NCBI GenBank assembly: GCA_963708025.1
Contig: CAVPSB010000015.1
Span: 192,001-256,000, forward strand
Source of the DNA: an uncultured Candidatus Rokubacteria bacterium
GTDB taxonomy: Bacteria > Methylomirabilota > Methylomirabilia > Rokubacteriales > DASRDR01
DNA: 64,000 nucleotides
Direction: 5' to 3'
Every line of letters begins with the position of its first letter. The first letter of the stretch is position 1. A program made the translations under genes and the position numbers. Shown in pieces: positions 39,841 to 51,594 of this stretch. The notes below the pieces were generated by a model. It did not search any database. It saw only the letters and a program-made list of their open reading frames with translations, and was not told the origin of the DNA.

Positions 39841-41514
39841 ATGGCACACCAGTACATCTTCACCACGCGCGACCTGCGCAAGGTGGTCCCGCCGAAGCGC
39901 GAGATCCTCCGGGGCATCTCGCTCGCCTTCTTCCCCGGGGCCAAGATCGGCGTCCTCGGCGCCAACGGCGCCGGCAAGTCCACGCTCCTCCGGATCATGG
40001 CCGGGGTGGACGACGACTTCCTGGGCGAGGCGCGGCCCGCCGACGGCATCCGGATCGGCTACCTCCCGCAGGAGCCGCGGCTCGACCCCGCCAAGGACGT
40101 CCTCGGGAACGTCCAGGAGGGGGTGGCGACCACCCGGGCCCTGCTGGCCGAGTTCGAGGCGGTGTCGGCGCGGTTCGGCGAGTCCCTGACCGACGACGAG
40201 ATGGAGCGGCTCCTGGCCGAGCAGGCCCGGCTCCAGGACGCGATCGAGGCGGTCGGCGGCTGGGAGCTGGACCGCACCGTCGAGATCGCGATGGAGGCCC
40301 TCCGGGTGCCGCCCGGCGACCAGGAGGTGCGGACCCTCTCCGGCGGCGAGGCGCGCCGGGTGGCCCTCTGCCGGCTCCTGCTCGAGCGGCCGGACATGCT
40401 GCTCCTCGACGAGCCGACGAATCACCTCGACGCCGAGTCGGTCGCCTGGCTCGAGCGGTTCCTGCAGGAATACCCCGGCACGGTGGTGGCGGTGACCCAC
40501 GATCGCTACTTCCTCGACAACGTCGCCGGCTGGATCCTCGAGCTGGATCGCGGCTACGGCATCCCCTGGCAGGGCAACTACTCCTCCTGGCTCGAGCAGA
40601 AGCAGGCCCGGCTCGCCGCCGAGGAGAAGGCCGAGTCGGCGCGCCAGCGGACGCTGGCGCGCGAGCTCGAGTGGGTGCGGATGTCGCCGCGGGCCCGCCA
40701 GGCGAAGAGCAAGGCTCGGCTGTCCGCCTACGAGACCCTGCTGGCGGCGGAGGCCGAGCGCCGGGCCGACGACGTCGAGATCGTCATCCCGCCCGGGCCG
40801 CGCCTCGGCGACGTCGTGGTGGCGACCGAGCACCTCGGCAAGGGATACGGGGACCGGGTCCTCATCGACGACCTCTCGTTCAGCCTGCCCCGGGGCGGCA
40901 TCGTCGGCGTGATCGGCCCGAACGGCGCCGGCAAGACGACGCTCTTCCGGATGATCGTCGGGGAGGAGAAGCCGGACACCGGGACGCTCAAGGTGGGCGA
41001 GACCGTGGTGGCGGCCTACGTGGACCAGTCGCGGGATGCCCTCGACGGCAAGAAGACGGTCTGGGAGGAGATCTCGGGCGGCGCCGAGACGCTGACCCTC
41101 GGCCGCCGCCAGGTGGCGTCCCGGAGCTACCTCGCCTCGTTCAACCTGAAGGGCGCCGACCAGCAGAAGCGGGTGGCCGACCTGTCGGGGGGCGAGCGGA
41201 ACCGGGTCCACCTGGCGAAGCTCCTGGTGCGCGGGGGGAACCTGCTCCTCCTCGACGAGCCCACCAACGACCTCGACGTGGACACGCTGCGGGCCCTGGA
41301 GGACGCGCTCCTCGGCTTCGGCGGCTCGATCGTCGTGATCAGCCACGACCGCTGGTTTCTCGACCGCATCGCGACGCACATCCTGGCCTTCGAGGACGAG
41401 GGCCGGGTGGTCTGGTTCGAGGGCAACTACGCCGACTACGAGGCCGACCGGAAGAAGCGCCTCGGCGCCGAGGCCGACCGGCCCCACCGCCTGCGCTACA
41501 AGCGACTGCGCTGA
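39841..41514 (+). CDS. ettA: Energy-dependent translational throttle ABC-F protein EttA
   Basis: [20 protein letters not shown], two ABC cassettes, [21 protein letters not shown]-terminal PHRLRYKRL. Confidence 0.95.
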   Translation: MAHQYIFTTRDLRKVVPPKREILRGISLAFFPGAKIGVLGANGAGKSTLLRIMAGVDDDFLGEARPADGIRIGYLPQEPRLDPAKDVLGNVQEGVATTRALLAEFEAVSARFGESLTDDEMERLLAEQARLQDAIEAVGGWELDRTVEIAMEALRVPPGDQEVRTLSGGEARRVALCRLLLERPDMLLLDEPTNHLDAESVAWLERFLQEYPGTVVAVTHDRYFLDNVAGWILELDRGYGIPWQGNYSSWLEQKQARLAAEEKAESARQRTLARELEWVRMSPRARQAKSKARLSAYETLLAAEAERRADDVEIVIPPGPRLGDVVVATEHLGKGYGDRVLIDDLSFSLPRGGIVGVIGPNGAGKTTLFRMIVGEEKPDTGTLKVGETVVAAYVDQSRDALDGKKTVWEEISGGAETLTLGRRQVASRSYLASFNLKGADQQKRVADLSGGERNRVHLAKLLVRGGNLLLLDEPTNDLDVDTLRALEDALLGFGGSIVVISHDRWFLDRIATHILAFEDEGRVVWFEGNYADYEADRKKRLGAEADRPHRLRYKRLR

Positions 41515-41593
41515 AGAATTCCTCCAACCTCCGGCTCCCCCCTCCCCCCGGTGGGTGGGGGAGGGGGCTGGGGGGGTAGGCGGGAGGTCCCAA
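41512..41593 (+). repeat. C-rich/G-rich hairpin repeat family B, copy 2
   Basis: TGAAGAATTC...CCCCCTCCCCCCGGTGGGTGGGGGAGGGGGCTGGGGGGGTAGGCGGGAGGTCCCAA directly before ATG 41594. Confidence 0.85.
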
Positions 41594-42536
41594 ATGACAC
41601 CGAGCGAGACCGAGGTCATCGGCTACCTGAAGACGCTGTCGAACTGGGGGCGCTGGGGCGCCGAGGACCAGCTCGGCACGCTGAACCTGATCACGCCCGC
41701 CAAGCGCCTGGCGGCGGCCCGGCTGGTGCGGGACGGCGTCCCGGTGACCTGCGCCCGGCCCATCGTGACCGCCATCTCCGCCGACACGACCTTCCAGGTC
41801 ATGCGCTTCATGGTGGACAGCGGGGAAGGACGCGACACCGCGTCCCGCCGAGCGGCTGCTGGCCCGCCGCGGCGCCGGCGAGTTCATCGGGATGGTCTTC
41901 CACGGCTACACGGTGACCCACGTGGACACGCCGGCCCACTTCTTCTGGGAGGGCAAGATCTACAACGGGCGCTCCTGCAACCTGATCACCTCCCGCGAGG
42001 GGGCCACCGTGGAGGCCGTCGAGCTGCTGCACGACGGCGTCGTGAGCCGCGGCGTTCTCCTCGACGTGGCGCGCGCCCGCGGCGTCCGCTGGCTGGAGCG
42101 CGGGGAGGGCCTCATGCCGGACGACCTGGAGGCCGCCGAGCGGGCCCAGGGCGTGCGGGTAGAGCCGGGCGACATCCTGCTCGCCCGGACCGGCAACTAC
42201 GCCCGCCGACTCGCCGAGGGGCCGGCGAACCCGCTCCAGGCCGGCTCGCCGGGGCCGCACGCGGCGCTGGCTCCCTGGCTCCGCGAGCGGGGCGTGGCGA
42301 TGTGGGGGAGCGACACCCACAACGACGTCACGCCGACGCCCTACCCCGCCATCGGGTCGCCGTTCCACATCGTCGCGCTGGTCGGCCTCGGACTCTGGCT
42401 CATCGACAACATGAACCTCGAGGACGTGGCCCGCGCCTGCGCCGAGCGGAGCCGGTGGGAGTTCCTGCTGACCATCGCTCCCCTCCGGCTGGAGAACGTG
42501 ACCGGCTCCCCGGTCAACCCGATCGCGCTGTTCTGA
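41594..42536 (+). CDS. Cyclase family (kynurenine formamidase-like) metal-dependent hydrolase, frameshift near 41850
   Basis: SNWGRWGAEDQLGTLN, HGYTVTHVDTPAH, SRGVLLDV, GSPVNPIALF. Confidence 0.9.
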
Positions 42537-42736
42537 GCAGCCGGGGGGCCCCGACCCCTCCGGCAGGGGGCGGCCCCACCCTGTAACGGGGGACGACGCC
42601 ACCGTCCGAAACCGCCGGTCACCCCCCCGCCCTCCCCGCCACCGGCCTTGCCGCGCCGCAGCCGCTTCCCCCCGAACCTTCGATCGGGATTGGCGAAGGC
42701 CCGCGGCTGGCGACGACACGCCGGCCCCCCGGCGGA

Positions 42737-42752
42737 CGGCATCTACGTTGCT
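42737..42752 (+). promoter_or_regulatory. Possible sigma54 promoter
   Basis: CGGCATCTACGTTGCT: GG-N10-GC with TTGCT, followed by GGGAGG and ATG 42797. Confidence 0.5.
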
Positions 42753-42796
42753 ACATGTAAGGGAGCCAACACCCAGGAAGCGGGAGGAAGCGTTCG

Positions 42797-43072
42797 ATGA
42801 GACCTTACGACAGCCGGCATGCGACGCTCGATCCAGGGTTGACCGCGCTGGCCCTCCGCGCCATGCACGAGCGTGACGGCTCCTACCCGTTCGTCGAGCG
42901 GTTCCAACAGCGCCGCCCGCGCCGCCGGCCCCAGCCCGCCCGCGCTCCGTCCCGTCCGGCCGCGCCGGCCGAGCCCGCTCCCTTCTGGCCACGCAGCCTG
43001 CGGGCCGCCGAGCTGTTCCCGACGCTCGTCCGACTCCGTCGGCTCGGCGGCACCCTGTCCGCCGCCGCGTAG
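42797..43072 (+). CDS. Small hypothetical protein
   Basis: Good SD (GGGAGG) and ATG; no recognisable domain. Confidence 0.45.
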   Translation: MRPYDSRHATLDPGLTALALRAMHERDGSYPFVERFQQRRPRRRPQPARAPSRPAAPAEPAPFWPRSLRAAELFPTLVRLRRLGGTLSAAA

Positions 43073-43363
43073 TCTCGGCGCCGCCCTCGCCTCCCGGGGC
43101 GCGCGAACCCGACGCGTGCCCTGCATCGCCCTGGCCTTGCGCCAGCCAGGCTTCTGCATTTTGGGCTTGACAGGATTTCGGATGGCGAATGAGCGGCAGT
43201 CGCGGCCTCGACCCTCAGTCCCTCCCAGCGAACCGGACCGCCCGGCGGCAACGCGCGCCGCCGGCGTGGAGTCGAAAATCATTCCCCGGTCGACGAGCGG
43301 AAGTCAGGTGGCCTCCCAGGTCGCCCGAAAATCGGGTGATAGAGTGCGAGCGGGAGGCCCATC

Positions 43364-44720
43364 ATGCAGCTTGCGACGACGCTCGCGCCCGCCACCACCG
43401 CGGACGATCTCGACCGGCTCGGCGACGAGATCGCCGAGCTCTCTGCGCACCTCGACGCCGCCACGGCCCAGCTGCTCACCCTGATCCGTGAGTTCGACGC
43501 GCGGGGCGGCTGGGCGAACGGGGCCCGCTCCTGCGCCGAATGGTTGAGCTGGCGGGTCGGGCTGGACCTGGGGGCGGCCCGGGAGCGGGTGCGGGTGGCG
43601 CGGGCGCTGGGCGAGCTGCCGCAGCTGGCGGCGGCCCTGGAGCGAGGGGAGCTGTCGTACGCGAAGGTGCGCGCGATCACGCGGGTCGCGACACCGGAGA
43701 CCGAGGCTCGGCTGCTGGCGGTGGGGCGGGCGGGGACGGCGGCCCACGTGGAGCGGATCGTGCGGGCGTGGCGGCGGGTGGACCGGCAGGTGGAGGGGCG
43801 GGAGGCGGCGGCGCGTCACCGGGGCCGGTCGCTCCAGGTGTACCCGGACGAGGACGGGATGCTGGTGGTGCGGGGGCGGCTGGAGCCGGAGGTGGGGGCG
43901 GTGCTGGTGCGGGCGCTGGAGGCGGCGCGGGAGGCGCTCTACGCGCGGGCGCGGGCGACGCCCGAGGCGGGGGTCGCCGGGGACCTGCCGACGCACGGCC
44001 AGCAGCGGGCCGACGCCCTCGCGCTGGTGGCGGAGACGGCGCTCGCAGCACGGGCTCGATCCCGGCGCGGGGAGCGAGCGGTACCAGGTCGTGGTCCACG
44101 TCGACGCCGCCGGTGCTGGCCGACCCCGATCAGCCGGGCCAGTCGGCGCTCGAGGACGGCGTGCGCGTTTCCGCGGAAACGTCCCGGCGGCTGGCGTGTG
44201 ACGCGACCCGGGTGCGTGATGCACCACGCGGGCGACGGCTCGGTGCTCGACGTCGGTCGGCGGACCAGAGCAATCCCGCCGGCGCTACGGCGAGCGCTCC
44301 AGGCGCGGGACCACGGCTGCCGCTTCCCGGGCTGCGGGGTGCGCCACGCCCAGGGGCATCATCTCCACCACTGGGCGAACGGCGGCCCGACGCGGCTCGA
44401 CAATCTTGTCCTGCTGTGTCGCCGTCACCACGGGGCCGTCCACGAGGAGGGCTACCAGGTCGAGCGTGACACCGACGGCACGCTGCACTTCCGCACGCCG
44501 CGGCGGCCGGCCGATTCCCGAGGTGCCGGCGCCGCCGGCGGTGCCGGCCGACCCGATCTGGGCGCTGGTCACGGCGAATCGAGCGCGCGGCCTCGCGATC
44601 GACGCGCGGACGGGGTGCCCGAGCTGGCTCGGCGAGCGACTCGACCTCGGCTGGGCGATCGACGTGCTGCACCCCGCCGCCAATCCGGCCGCGTTCCGGG
44701 CCCGTGTGCCGCTCCCCTGA
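43364..44720 (+). CDS. DUF222 + HNH endonuclease protein (frameshifted)
   Basis: LGDEIAELSAHLDAA...SCAEWLSWR...SYAKVRAITRVA; LDVGRRTRAIPPALRRALQARDHGCRFPGC...HHLHHWANGG.T.LDNLVLLCRRHH. Confidence 0.9.
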
Positions 44721-44769
44721 CTCGGCCGTCCTCGGAAAAACACCCTAGGGTTCCGCCGCTCTGGCCACC

Positions 44770-44996
44770 GTGACCACTTCGGCCTGCTCGCCAATCGCCG
44801 CGGGGGGGTGACGCTCGCGCAGTGTCGGGCCCTGTTGGCGCAGCCGGCGCCGCCAGCCGGGCCGCCCGCGTCGGCGCGGGCGCTCATGCTCCGCCTCACC
44901 GGGATCGACATCGAGCGCTGCCCGAACTGTCAGCAGGGCGTTCTGCAGCAGCTCGAGGTGCTGCGGCCCGCCCCGCTCGTCTGGGACACCTCGTGA
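44770..44996 (+). pseudogene. C-terminal remnant of an IS91-family (Y2) transposase
   Basis: HFGLLANRR...LAQCRALL...LTGIDIERCPNCQQG...WDTS* resembles IS91-like transposase C-termini; the N-terminal part is absent. Confidence 0.65.
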
Positions 44997-45415
44997 GCCG
45001 GTGCCTCTGCCCACCCCCGCGCGTCTCGCCGGCCGCCCGCAGGCTGGGGCCACGCCCTGCTCTGTGCTCTCGTCGAGATCGGCCACCCGGACACGGCGCG
45101 CCCGTCCGCATGAGCTCCATCCCGGAGCGCGCCTGCCCCACCGCTCGGCGGTCGCCATCCCCGAGGGCCGCCGGCACCACCCCCTGTTCCGCCTCAAGCC
45201 ACGCCTTCCCCACGATACAATCCCCGTACGCCATGCGCGCGAGGAGTTTAGTTCAACTGGTCTTGTCCGCCATGCTCGACGCACGGCGGATAAGAGCCTG
45301 AACCTCACGCTCTTTGCTTACGTCGGGCGTAAGGACGCTCAGTGATCGGCCATCGTTCTGGCTCGGTAGATGTTGAGAGAAGCGGACCACGAGACGGGCT
45401 ACATCGCAACACGGC

Positions 45416-45495
45416 GTCTAACAACAACGAGATGAACCTGACGAGGTCCGCGATGGTCAGGCTGGCGCGGACCTCGCAGTTTATCGGCGTTCGGT
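45416..45495 (+). mobile_element. Solo integron attC-like recombination site
   Basis: R''-like GTCTAAC (RYYYAAC), then GATGAACCTGACGAGGTCCGCG...CGCGGACCTCGCAGTTTATC imperfect palindrome with extrahelical bases, then GTT at 45489 (GTTCGGT, imperfect R'). Confidence 0.65.
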
Positions 45496-45505
45496 TCATA
45501 GCCAT

Positions 45506-46529
45506 CTAGGCACGCCGGCGCGCGGCGGGCCGGCGTCGTGACGCCGGCGGCTCCACTCCCCCGGCCCCGGCCTGCTGGAGCCAGCGCGCCGCCGGCTCCA
45601 GGAGCGGTGTGATCTCGTGCCGCCGCGCGGCCAGGATCGGCTTCCAGAGGTCTCCCCGCTCCCGGATCCGCTCCGGCACCGTGTCGATCCGGTAGTCGTC
45701 CATCCGGAGCGCCGGGGTCAGCTCGGCCCAGTCGAGCGGGGTCGAGACCGTCGCCCGCGCGGTCGGCCGGACGGAGTAGACCGAGGCCAGCGTGCGGCCC
45801 CACGCGTTCTGGTTGTAGTCCACGACCACGTGCTGCGCGGGGCGCCGGGCGACCCGGTACTCGGCCGTGATCAGCTCGGGATGGCGGCGCGCCAGCTCGA
45901 GGGCGAGCGCCTTCGCCAGGGTCCAGACCTGCTTCTGCGTGGGTCCCCGCACGATCGGGACGTAGACGTGGAGCCCGCGGGACCCGGTCGTCTTGACGCA
46001 GGCGGTGAGCCCCAGCTCGGTCAGGGCGTCGCGGACGCGCTGGGCGACCTCCACGATCCGGGCCAGGGTGGCGCCGGGGGTCGGATCGAGGTCGAAGTGG
46101 AGGAAGTCGGGGCGGTCCACGTCGTCGCAGCGGGCGTACCAGGGGTTCAGGTCGATGCAGCCGAGGTTGATGACCCAGAGGAGCGCCAGGGCGTCCTGGA
46201 TCATCGGGAAGTCGATCACGCTGCCCGAGCCGTGCTCGATGGCGCACGTCTCGAGCCACGGCGGCCGGGGCTTCGGCGTCCGCTTCATGAAGAAGAACGG
46301 GCCGCCGGCCCCGTCGGGATAGCGCTTCATCACCATCGCCCGGTCCCGGAGGTGGGGCAGGAGGGCCGGGGCGACCTCCAGGTAGTAGCGGAGGAGGTCG
46401 CCCTTCGTCAGGCCCAGCTCCGGCCAGAACGGCTTCCGGAGGTTGGTCAGCGTCGTCTGATGCCGGGCCGACGCGGACGACGACCGAGTCCTGGTCGCGC
46501 GGGATGACGCCGGGGCGCGGCAGCGCCAC
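45506..46529 (-). CDS. Stand-alone LigD-type primase-polymerase domain protein (frameshift near 46465)
   Basis: LTNLRKPFWPELGLTKGDLLRYY, KRYPDG, FDLDP, KTTGSRGLHVYVP, VDYNQNAWGRTLASVYSVRP. Confidence 0.9.
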
Positions 46530-46534
46530 CGCGG

Positions 46535-47124
46535 CTACGTCCGGGCGCGGTGGCGGACGGCGCCGGCCAGGGGCACGTAGTCGAGCTCGACGCGGGCGCG
46601 CGCCGCCCGGAGCAGCAGGGCGCCGCGGCTCATGTCCCCGATCCCGACGAAGGCCGGCGGGAAGACGAGGCGCTCCCCGAAGACGGACGTCAGGGGGCGC
46701 ACGTACTTGTCGGTGGCGATGCTCCCGAGCAGCACGGCCTGGCCGTCCGGCGGCAGCGCCTCCACGACCATGCGGGCGCGGCGAGCAGCGGGCGCCGGTA
46801 GCCGGGGCGGTCGGGATCCACGTCGCCGCGCGCGAACCTCCGCAGGTGGGCCACGCCGACGATCGTGTCGGCCGGGACGAGCCCGGCGTTGGGGGTGATC
46901 ACCAGCACGGCGTCCGGCGGCCGGGCGAAGGCGCGCGCGTACGTGAGCTTGCCGCGGAAGTAGAGCCCGCTCATGAAGCTCATGACCTCGCCGAGCGGGG
47001 CCCCGCCGTCGCGCAACCGCACCGCCAGGTCGAAGGAGGCGCGAGGGGACAGGACCAGCCGGGCCCGGTCGCCGCCGCAGTCCGCCGGGGAGAGGAGGAA
47101 CACGCGGGTCGGCTCGGCGCCCAT
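46535..47124 (-). CDS. Hypothetical protein upstream of the LigD-Pol gene (frameshift near 46785)
   Basis: VFLLSPADCGG..SGLYFRGKLTYARAF..LLGSIATDKY..FVGIGDMSRGALLLRA; coding-like codon usage, 5 nt from the next gene. Confidence 0.7.
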
Positions 47125-47195
47125 GCCGCTCATCATAATACGCGCGGGTGGCGCGCCGGTTGACAGCCCACGGGGCCGAGTGATACTCGATCCTC

Positions 47196-48344
47196 GTGAA
47201 GATCACGGCCATCCGGCTCCACCTGGTGGAGTGCCGGCTGCCCGAGCCGCAGGGGACGGCCACCGCCTTCTTCGACCGACGTGGGGCCCTGCTGGTCGAG
47301 GTGCGGACCGACGAGGGCGTCTCGGGGTGGGGCGAGAGCTGGCACTCGCCGGCGGCCGCCTGGACGATCATCGAGACCTCGCTCGCCTCCGCCGTCCTCG
47401 GCCAGGACCCGTTCGAGTACCGGCGGCTCTGGACCGCGATGCACGCCCGGCTCGGCTACGAGCGCCAGGGGCCGGGCCTGATGGCGCTGTCCGCCGTCAA
47501 CACGGCCCTGTGGGACCTGCGCGGCCGCGCCCTCGGCCAGCCGATCGCCCGCCTCCTCGGCGGCCCCCTCCGCACCCGGGTGCCGGCCTACGCGAGCGGA
47601 CCGTTCCTCAAGCCGGGCCGCGATCCCTATCGCACGTACCGGCGGGAGGCCGAGCGGATCATCGCCCCCGGCTTCCGCGCGATGAAGATGAAGGTCGGGG
47701 TGGATCCCGACGCCGACGGCCGGGCGGCGGCGGCGGTGCGACGCGTGGTCGGCCCCGACGTGATCCTGCTGGCCGACGCCAACCAGGGCTACACGCCCCG
47801 GCCGGCGATCGAGGCCGGGCGGCAGCTCGAGGCGGAGGGCTTCGCCTGGCTCGAGGAGCCGGTGGCGCCCGACGACGTCGAGGGCTACGCCCACGTGGCG
47901 GGCGCGCTCGGGATGGCGGTGGTCGGGGGCGAGGCGCTCGGGGGGATCCGCGCCTTCCGCTCCTTCTTCGAGCGGAGCGCGCTGGACGCCGCCCAGCCGG
48001 ACCTGGCCATCGCCGGCGGCTTCACCGAAGTGATGCGGATCGCCGCGCTGGCCGCGGCATGGGAGGTGCCGGTGGTGCCGCACGTCTGGGGCACGGCGCT
48101 GAACCTCTACGCCAGCCTCCAGCTCTGCGCGGTGCTGCCCGGCTACCGGAGCCACACGCCGATGCCGTATCCCTGGTTCGAGTTCGACCAGTCGCCGAAC
48201 CCGCTCCGCGAGCTGTGGGGAGCGCCGGCGATCGGCCCCGACGGGATGATCGAGATCCCGCAAGGGCCGGGGCTCGGCATCGAGATCGATCCCGCCGCCT
48301 TCGAGGGGTTCCTCCAGCGGCGCCTCGAGGTCACCCCGGACTAG
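47196..48344 (+). CDS. Mandelate racemase/muconate lactonizing enzyme family (enolase superfamily)
   Basis: TDEGVSGWGE, ALWDLRG, MKMKVG, DANQGY, WLEEPV, GGE, QPD, VVPHVWG, PGLGIEID. Confidence 0.92.
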   Translation: MKITAIRLHLVECRLPEPQGTATAFFDRRGALLVEVRTDEGVSGWGESWHSPAAAWTIIETSLASAVLGQDPFEYRRLWTAMHARLGYERQGPGLMALSAVNTALWDLRGRALGQPIARLLGGPLRTRVPAYASGPFLKPGRDPYRTYRREAERIIAPGFRAMKMKVGVDPDADGRAAAAVRRVVGPDVILLADANQGYTPRPAIEAGRQLEAEGFAWLEEPVAPDDVEGYAHVAGALGMAVVGGEALGGIRAFRSFFERSALDAAQPDLAIAGGFTEVMRIAALAAAWEVPVVPHVWGTALNLYASLQLCAVLPGYRSHTPMPYPWFEFDQSPNPLRELWGAPAIGPDGMIEIPQGPGLGIEIDPAAFEGFLQRRLEVTPD

Positions 48345-49620
48345 GTAGGTTTTCCGGCGGTGAGGGGGCGGAGAGCGACTCCGGTCGCACCCAGGGCACC
48401 AGGAGCCAGCACGCCGCGATGCTGGTGGCGCTGATCGCGATCAGCCACTGGAGTCCCACGATCTCGTAGAGTCGGCCGCCCAGCCAGGCCGAGCCGGTCG
48501 TTCCCAGGTTGTTGACCGACATCAGCGCCGCGAAGAAGGTGCCCTCGGCGTGGGCCGGCACCGCGCGGGCGGCCAGGTCCATCGTCGCCAGGAAGGCCAC
48601 CATCGTGACCAGGCTCACGGTCGCCTGCAGGAGGACCGCGGACCACCAGCCGACCAGGCCGTAGTAGGCCAGCGTCCCTGCCACCCCGATCCCGACCGAC
48701 ATGTTGAGGAGGCGCTTGAGCGGCGCGCCCCGGAAGTAGCGGGCGAAGAGGGCGGCGCCGAGCATCGAGGCGCCGCTCCCGATGGTGGCCAGGAGCCCGA
48801 GCTGGATCTTGGAAATGCCGAGGACGTCCACCATGTGGAACCCGAGCGGGACGCCGAACGAGGGCGTGAAGTTCCAGAGGAAGAGGAAGGCGGCGGCTCG
48901 CCAGAGCGGGCCGGAGCGCACGCCGGCCCGCAGCGCCTGGAGGGTCCGGCTCACCGACTCCCGGTCGAACCGGGTCCGCGGCTCGTGGACCGCGTAGGCC
49001 GAGGCGGCGAACGACAGCGCGGGGAAGCAGGCCACCAGGAAGAAGGTGCGCGAGTAGGCGACGTGGACGGAGAGGTAGCCGCCGCCGATTCCGGCGATCA
49101 GGCTCGCCGCGTAGATCGACCCCCACTGGATCGACTGGAAGCTGCCGGTCAGGCCCCGCGGCTTGCCCTCCTCCACCATCACGGCATCGCACAGCACGTC
49201 GGTGAAGGCGAGGCCGAGCCCTGTCAGGCCGAGGATGGTCAGCGTCAGGCCATACGGGTAGCCGGGCAGGAGGCCGAGGACGAGCCAGCCCAGGGCGGCC
49301 ATGGCGGTCGTGACGAGCAGGTAGGAGCGGCGCCGGTAGCCGGCCAGCGGGACCAGGTCGGACAGGAGTCCGTAGAGCGGCTTGACCGTCCACGCGACGC
49401 CGACCAGCGCCAGGAACGTCGCGGTGTCGCCCGCGGTGAGCTTCAGGTCCTCCTTGAGGAGGAAGAAGATCGGCTGGGCGGCGATCCCCGCCTTGGGCTC
49501 GGCGAATCCCTGGACGAAGTAGATCGCGGCGAAAAAGATCGCCAGCCGGCGGAAGTCGGGCGACCGGGGGGGTGACGGCGCAGGGACGATCGGCGGCTCC
49601 GCCTCGGGAACCGTGGGCAT
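48331..49620 (-). CDS. MFS transporter (folate-biopterin/BT1-like)
   Basis: About 12 TM helices; WTVKPLYGLLSD..P..GYRRRSY, DVLCDAVMVE, EGTFFAALMS. Confidence 0.85.
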   Translation of the reverse strand: MPTVPEAEPPIVPAPSPPRSPDFRRLAIFFAAIYFVQGFAEPKAGIAAQPIFFLLKEDLKLTAGDTATFLALVGVAWTVKPLYGLLSDLVPLAGYRRRSYLLVTTAMAALGWLVLGLLPGYPYGLTLTILGLTGLGLAFTDVLCDAVMVEEGKPRGLTGSFQSIQWGSIYAASLIAGIGGGYLSVHVAYSRTFFLVACFPALSFAASAYAVHEPRTRFDRESVSRTLQALRAGVRSGPLWRAAAFLFLWNFTPSFGVPLGFHMVDVLGISKIQLGLLATIGSGASMLGAALFARYFRGAPLKRLLNMSVGIGVAGTLAYYGLVGWWSAVLLQATVSLVTMVAFLATMDLAARAVPAHAEGTFFAALMSVNNLGTTGSAWLGGRLYEIVGLQWLIAISATSIAACWLLVPWVRPESLSAPSPPENLPSPG

Positions 49621-49660
49621 CGTGGTGTAGTATACGACGACGGCGGAAGGGGGCGGCAGC

Positions 49661-50693
<1,033 letters not shown>

Positions 50694-50704
50694 GGCCGGC
50701 CGGC

Positions 50705-51265
50705 GTGAGCCCGACGCCCGGGACGGGCGACCTGCGGCCCTACGAGCTGCGGGTGGGGCGCATCACGGACGCCGCCCTCCGTGACCGCCTGGCCCGCCGC
50801 CTGGTCGAGCGCTTCCCGCCGCGGGAGCTGGAGGCGACGCGCGCGGCGCTGGGCGGGGCCGGGCTCGTGGTCCGGACGGCGCTGCGCGAGGCCGAAGCGC
50901 CCGCGCTCGCGCGCGAGCTGTACGCCGCCGGGGCCCCGCCCGCCGCGGTGGTCCTGCTGCCGGCCGAGCTGGCCGGAGCGCGTCCGGAGCGGGACTCCAC
51001 CCTCGACCGGGCGTTCGCGCTCTTCGACGCCCGGGGCGGCGCCTTCGTGCCGACGTGGAACTGGGCGGCGTTCGTCTTCGGGCCGCTCTGGTACTTCCGG
51101 AAAGGAATCTACGCGAAGGGCGCGGTCCTGCTCGTCCTGGTCGTCTTCCCCGTCCTCCCGCTCGAGCTCATGGTGCTCCTCCAGCTCGGGGCCTTCTTCT
51201 ACTGCGGCGTGGCCGGCAACTGGGATGACTACTTGCTGGAGGTCCGCCGCACGCAGTGGTGGTGA
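50705..51265 (+). CDS. DUF2628-like membrane protein
   Basis: C-terminal [20 protein letters not shown]...GNWDDY; GTG start inferred. Confidence 0.65.
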   Translation: MSPTPGTGDLRPYELRVGRITDAALRDRLARRLVERFPPRELEATRAALGGAGLVVRTALREAEAPALARELYAAGAPPAAVVLLPAELAGARPERDSTLDRAFALFDARGGAFVPTWNWAAFVFGPLWYFRKGIYAKGAVLLVLVVFPVLPLELMVLLQLGAFFYCGVAGNWDDYLLEVRRTQWW

Positions 51266-51267
51266 GA

Positions 51268-51538
51268 CGGGCGGGGCCGATGAGCGTCGCAATGTTCATC
51301 TCGGTCGTGACGCGCTCGGCCTACGGCGTTTGGACGGCCTTCGGCCTTTGGGCGTCCGTCCCGACGCTCTGGTCGTCCTCGGTCGTCGCCGATCCTCGGC
51401 GTACTCGGAGTACGCCTGCGGTCGGCGACTCCCTGCGTCGATCGGACGGCCTTCGCCCTTTGGGCGCTGCTCGCTCCTCGACCCCGCCCGCGGGAACTTG
51501 ATCCAGCGGCAGTGACTTTGGCGCTTCGAGGAAGCTAG
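51268..51538 (+). repeat. Structured repeat family A, copy 5 (long form)
   Basis: GGGCGGGGCCGATGAGCGTCGC a few nt after TGA; GGCCTTCGGCC and GGCGTACTCGGAGTACGCC hairpins; ends in CTAG at 51535-51538. Confidence 0.9.
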
Positions 51539-51594
51539 TGCCGTGACCGTGGGGGAGGCCCGGGAGGGGGGCGTAGCCCCCCTCCCGTTGCAGT

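Noticed and set aside
45305-45505. 66-aa minus-strand ORF
   Set aside because: It overlaps the attC-like palindrome and has no coding features; better explained as non-coding.
51336-51346. GGCCTTCGGCC read as an RNA cUUCGg tetraloop
   Set aside because: The pairing register gives a GGCC/GGCC stem with a 3-nt loop; a UUCG tetraloop would need a C-C mismatch next to the closing pair.
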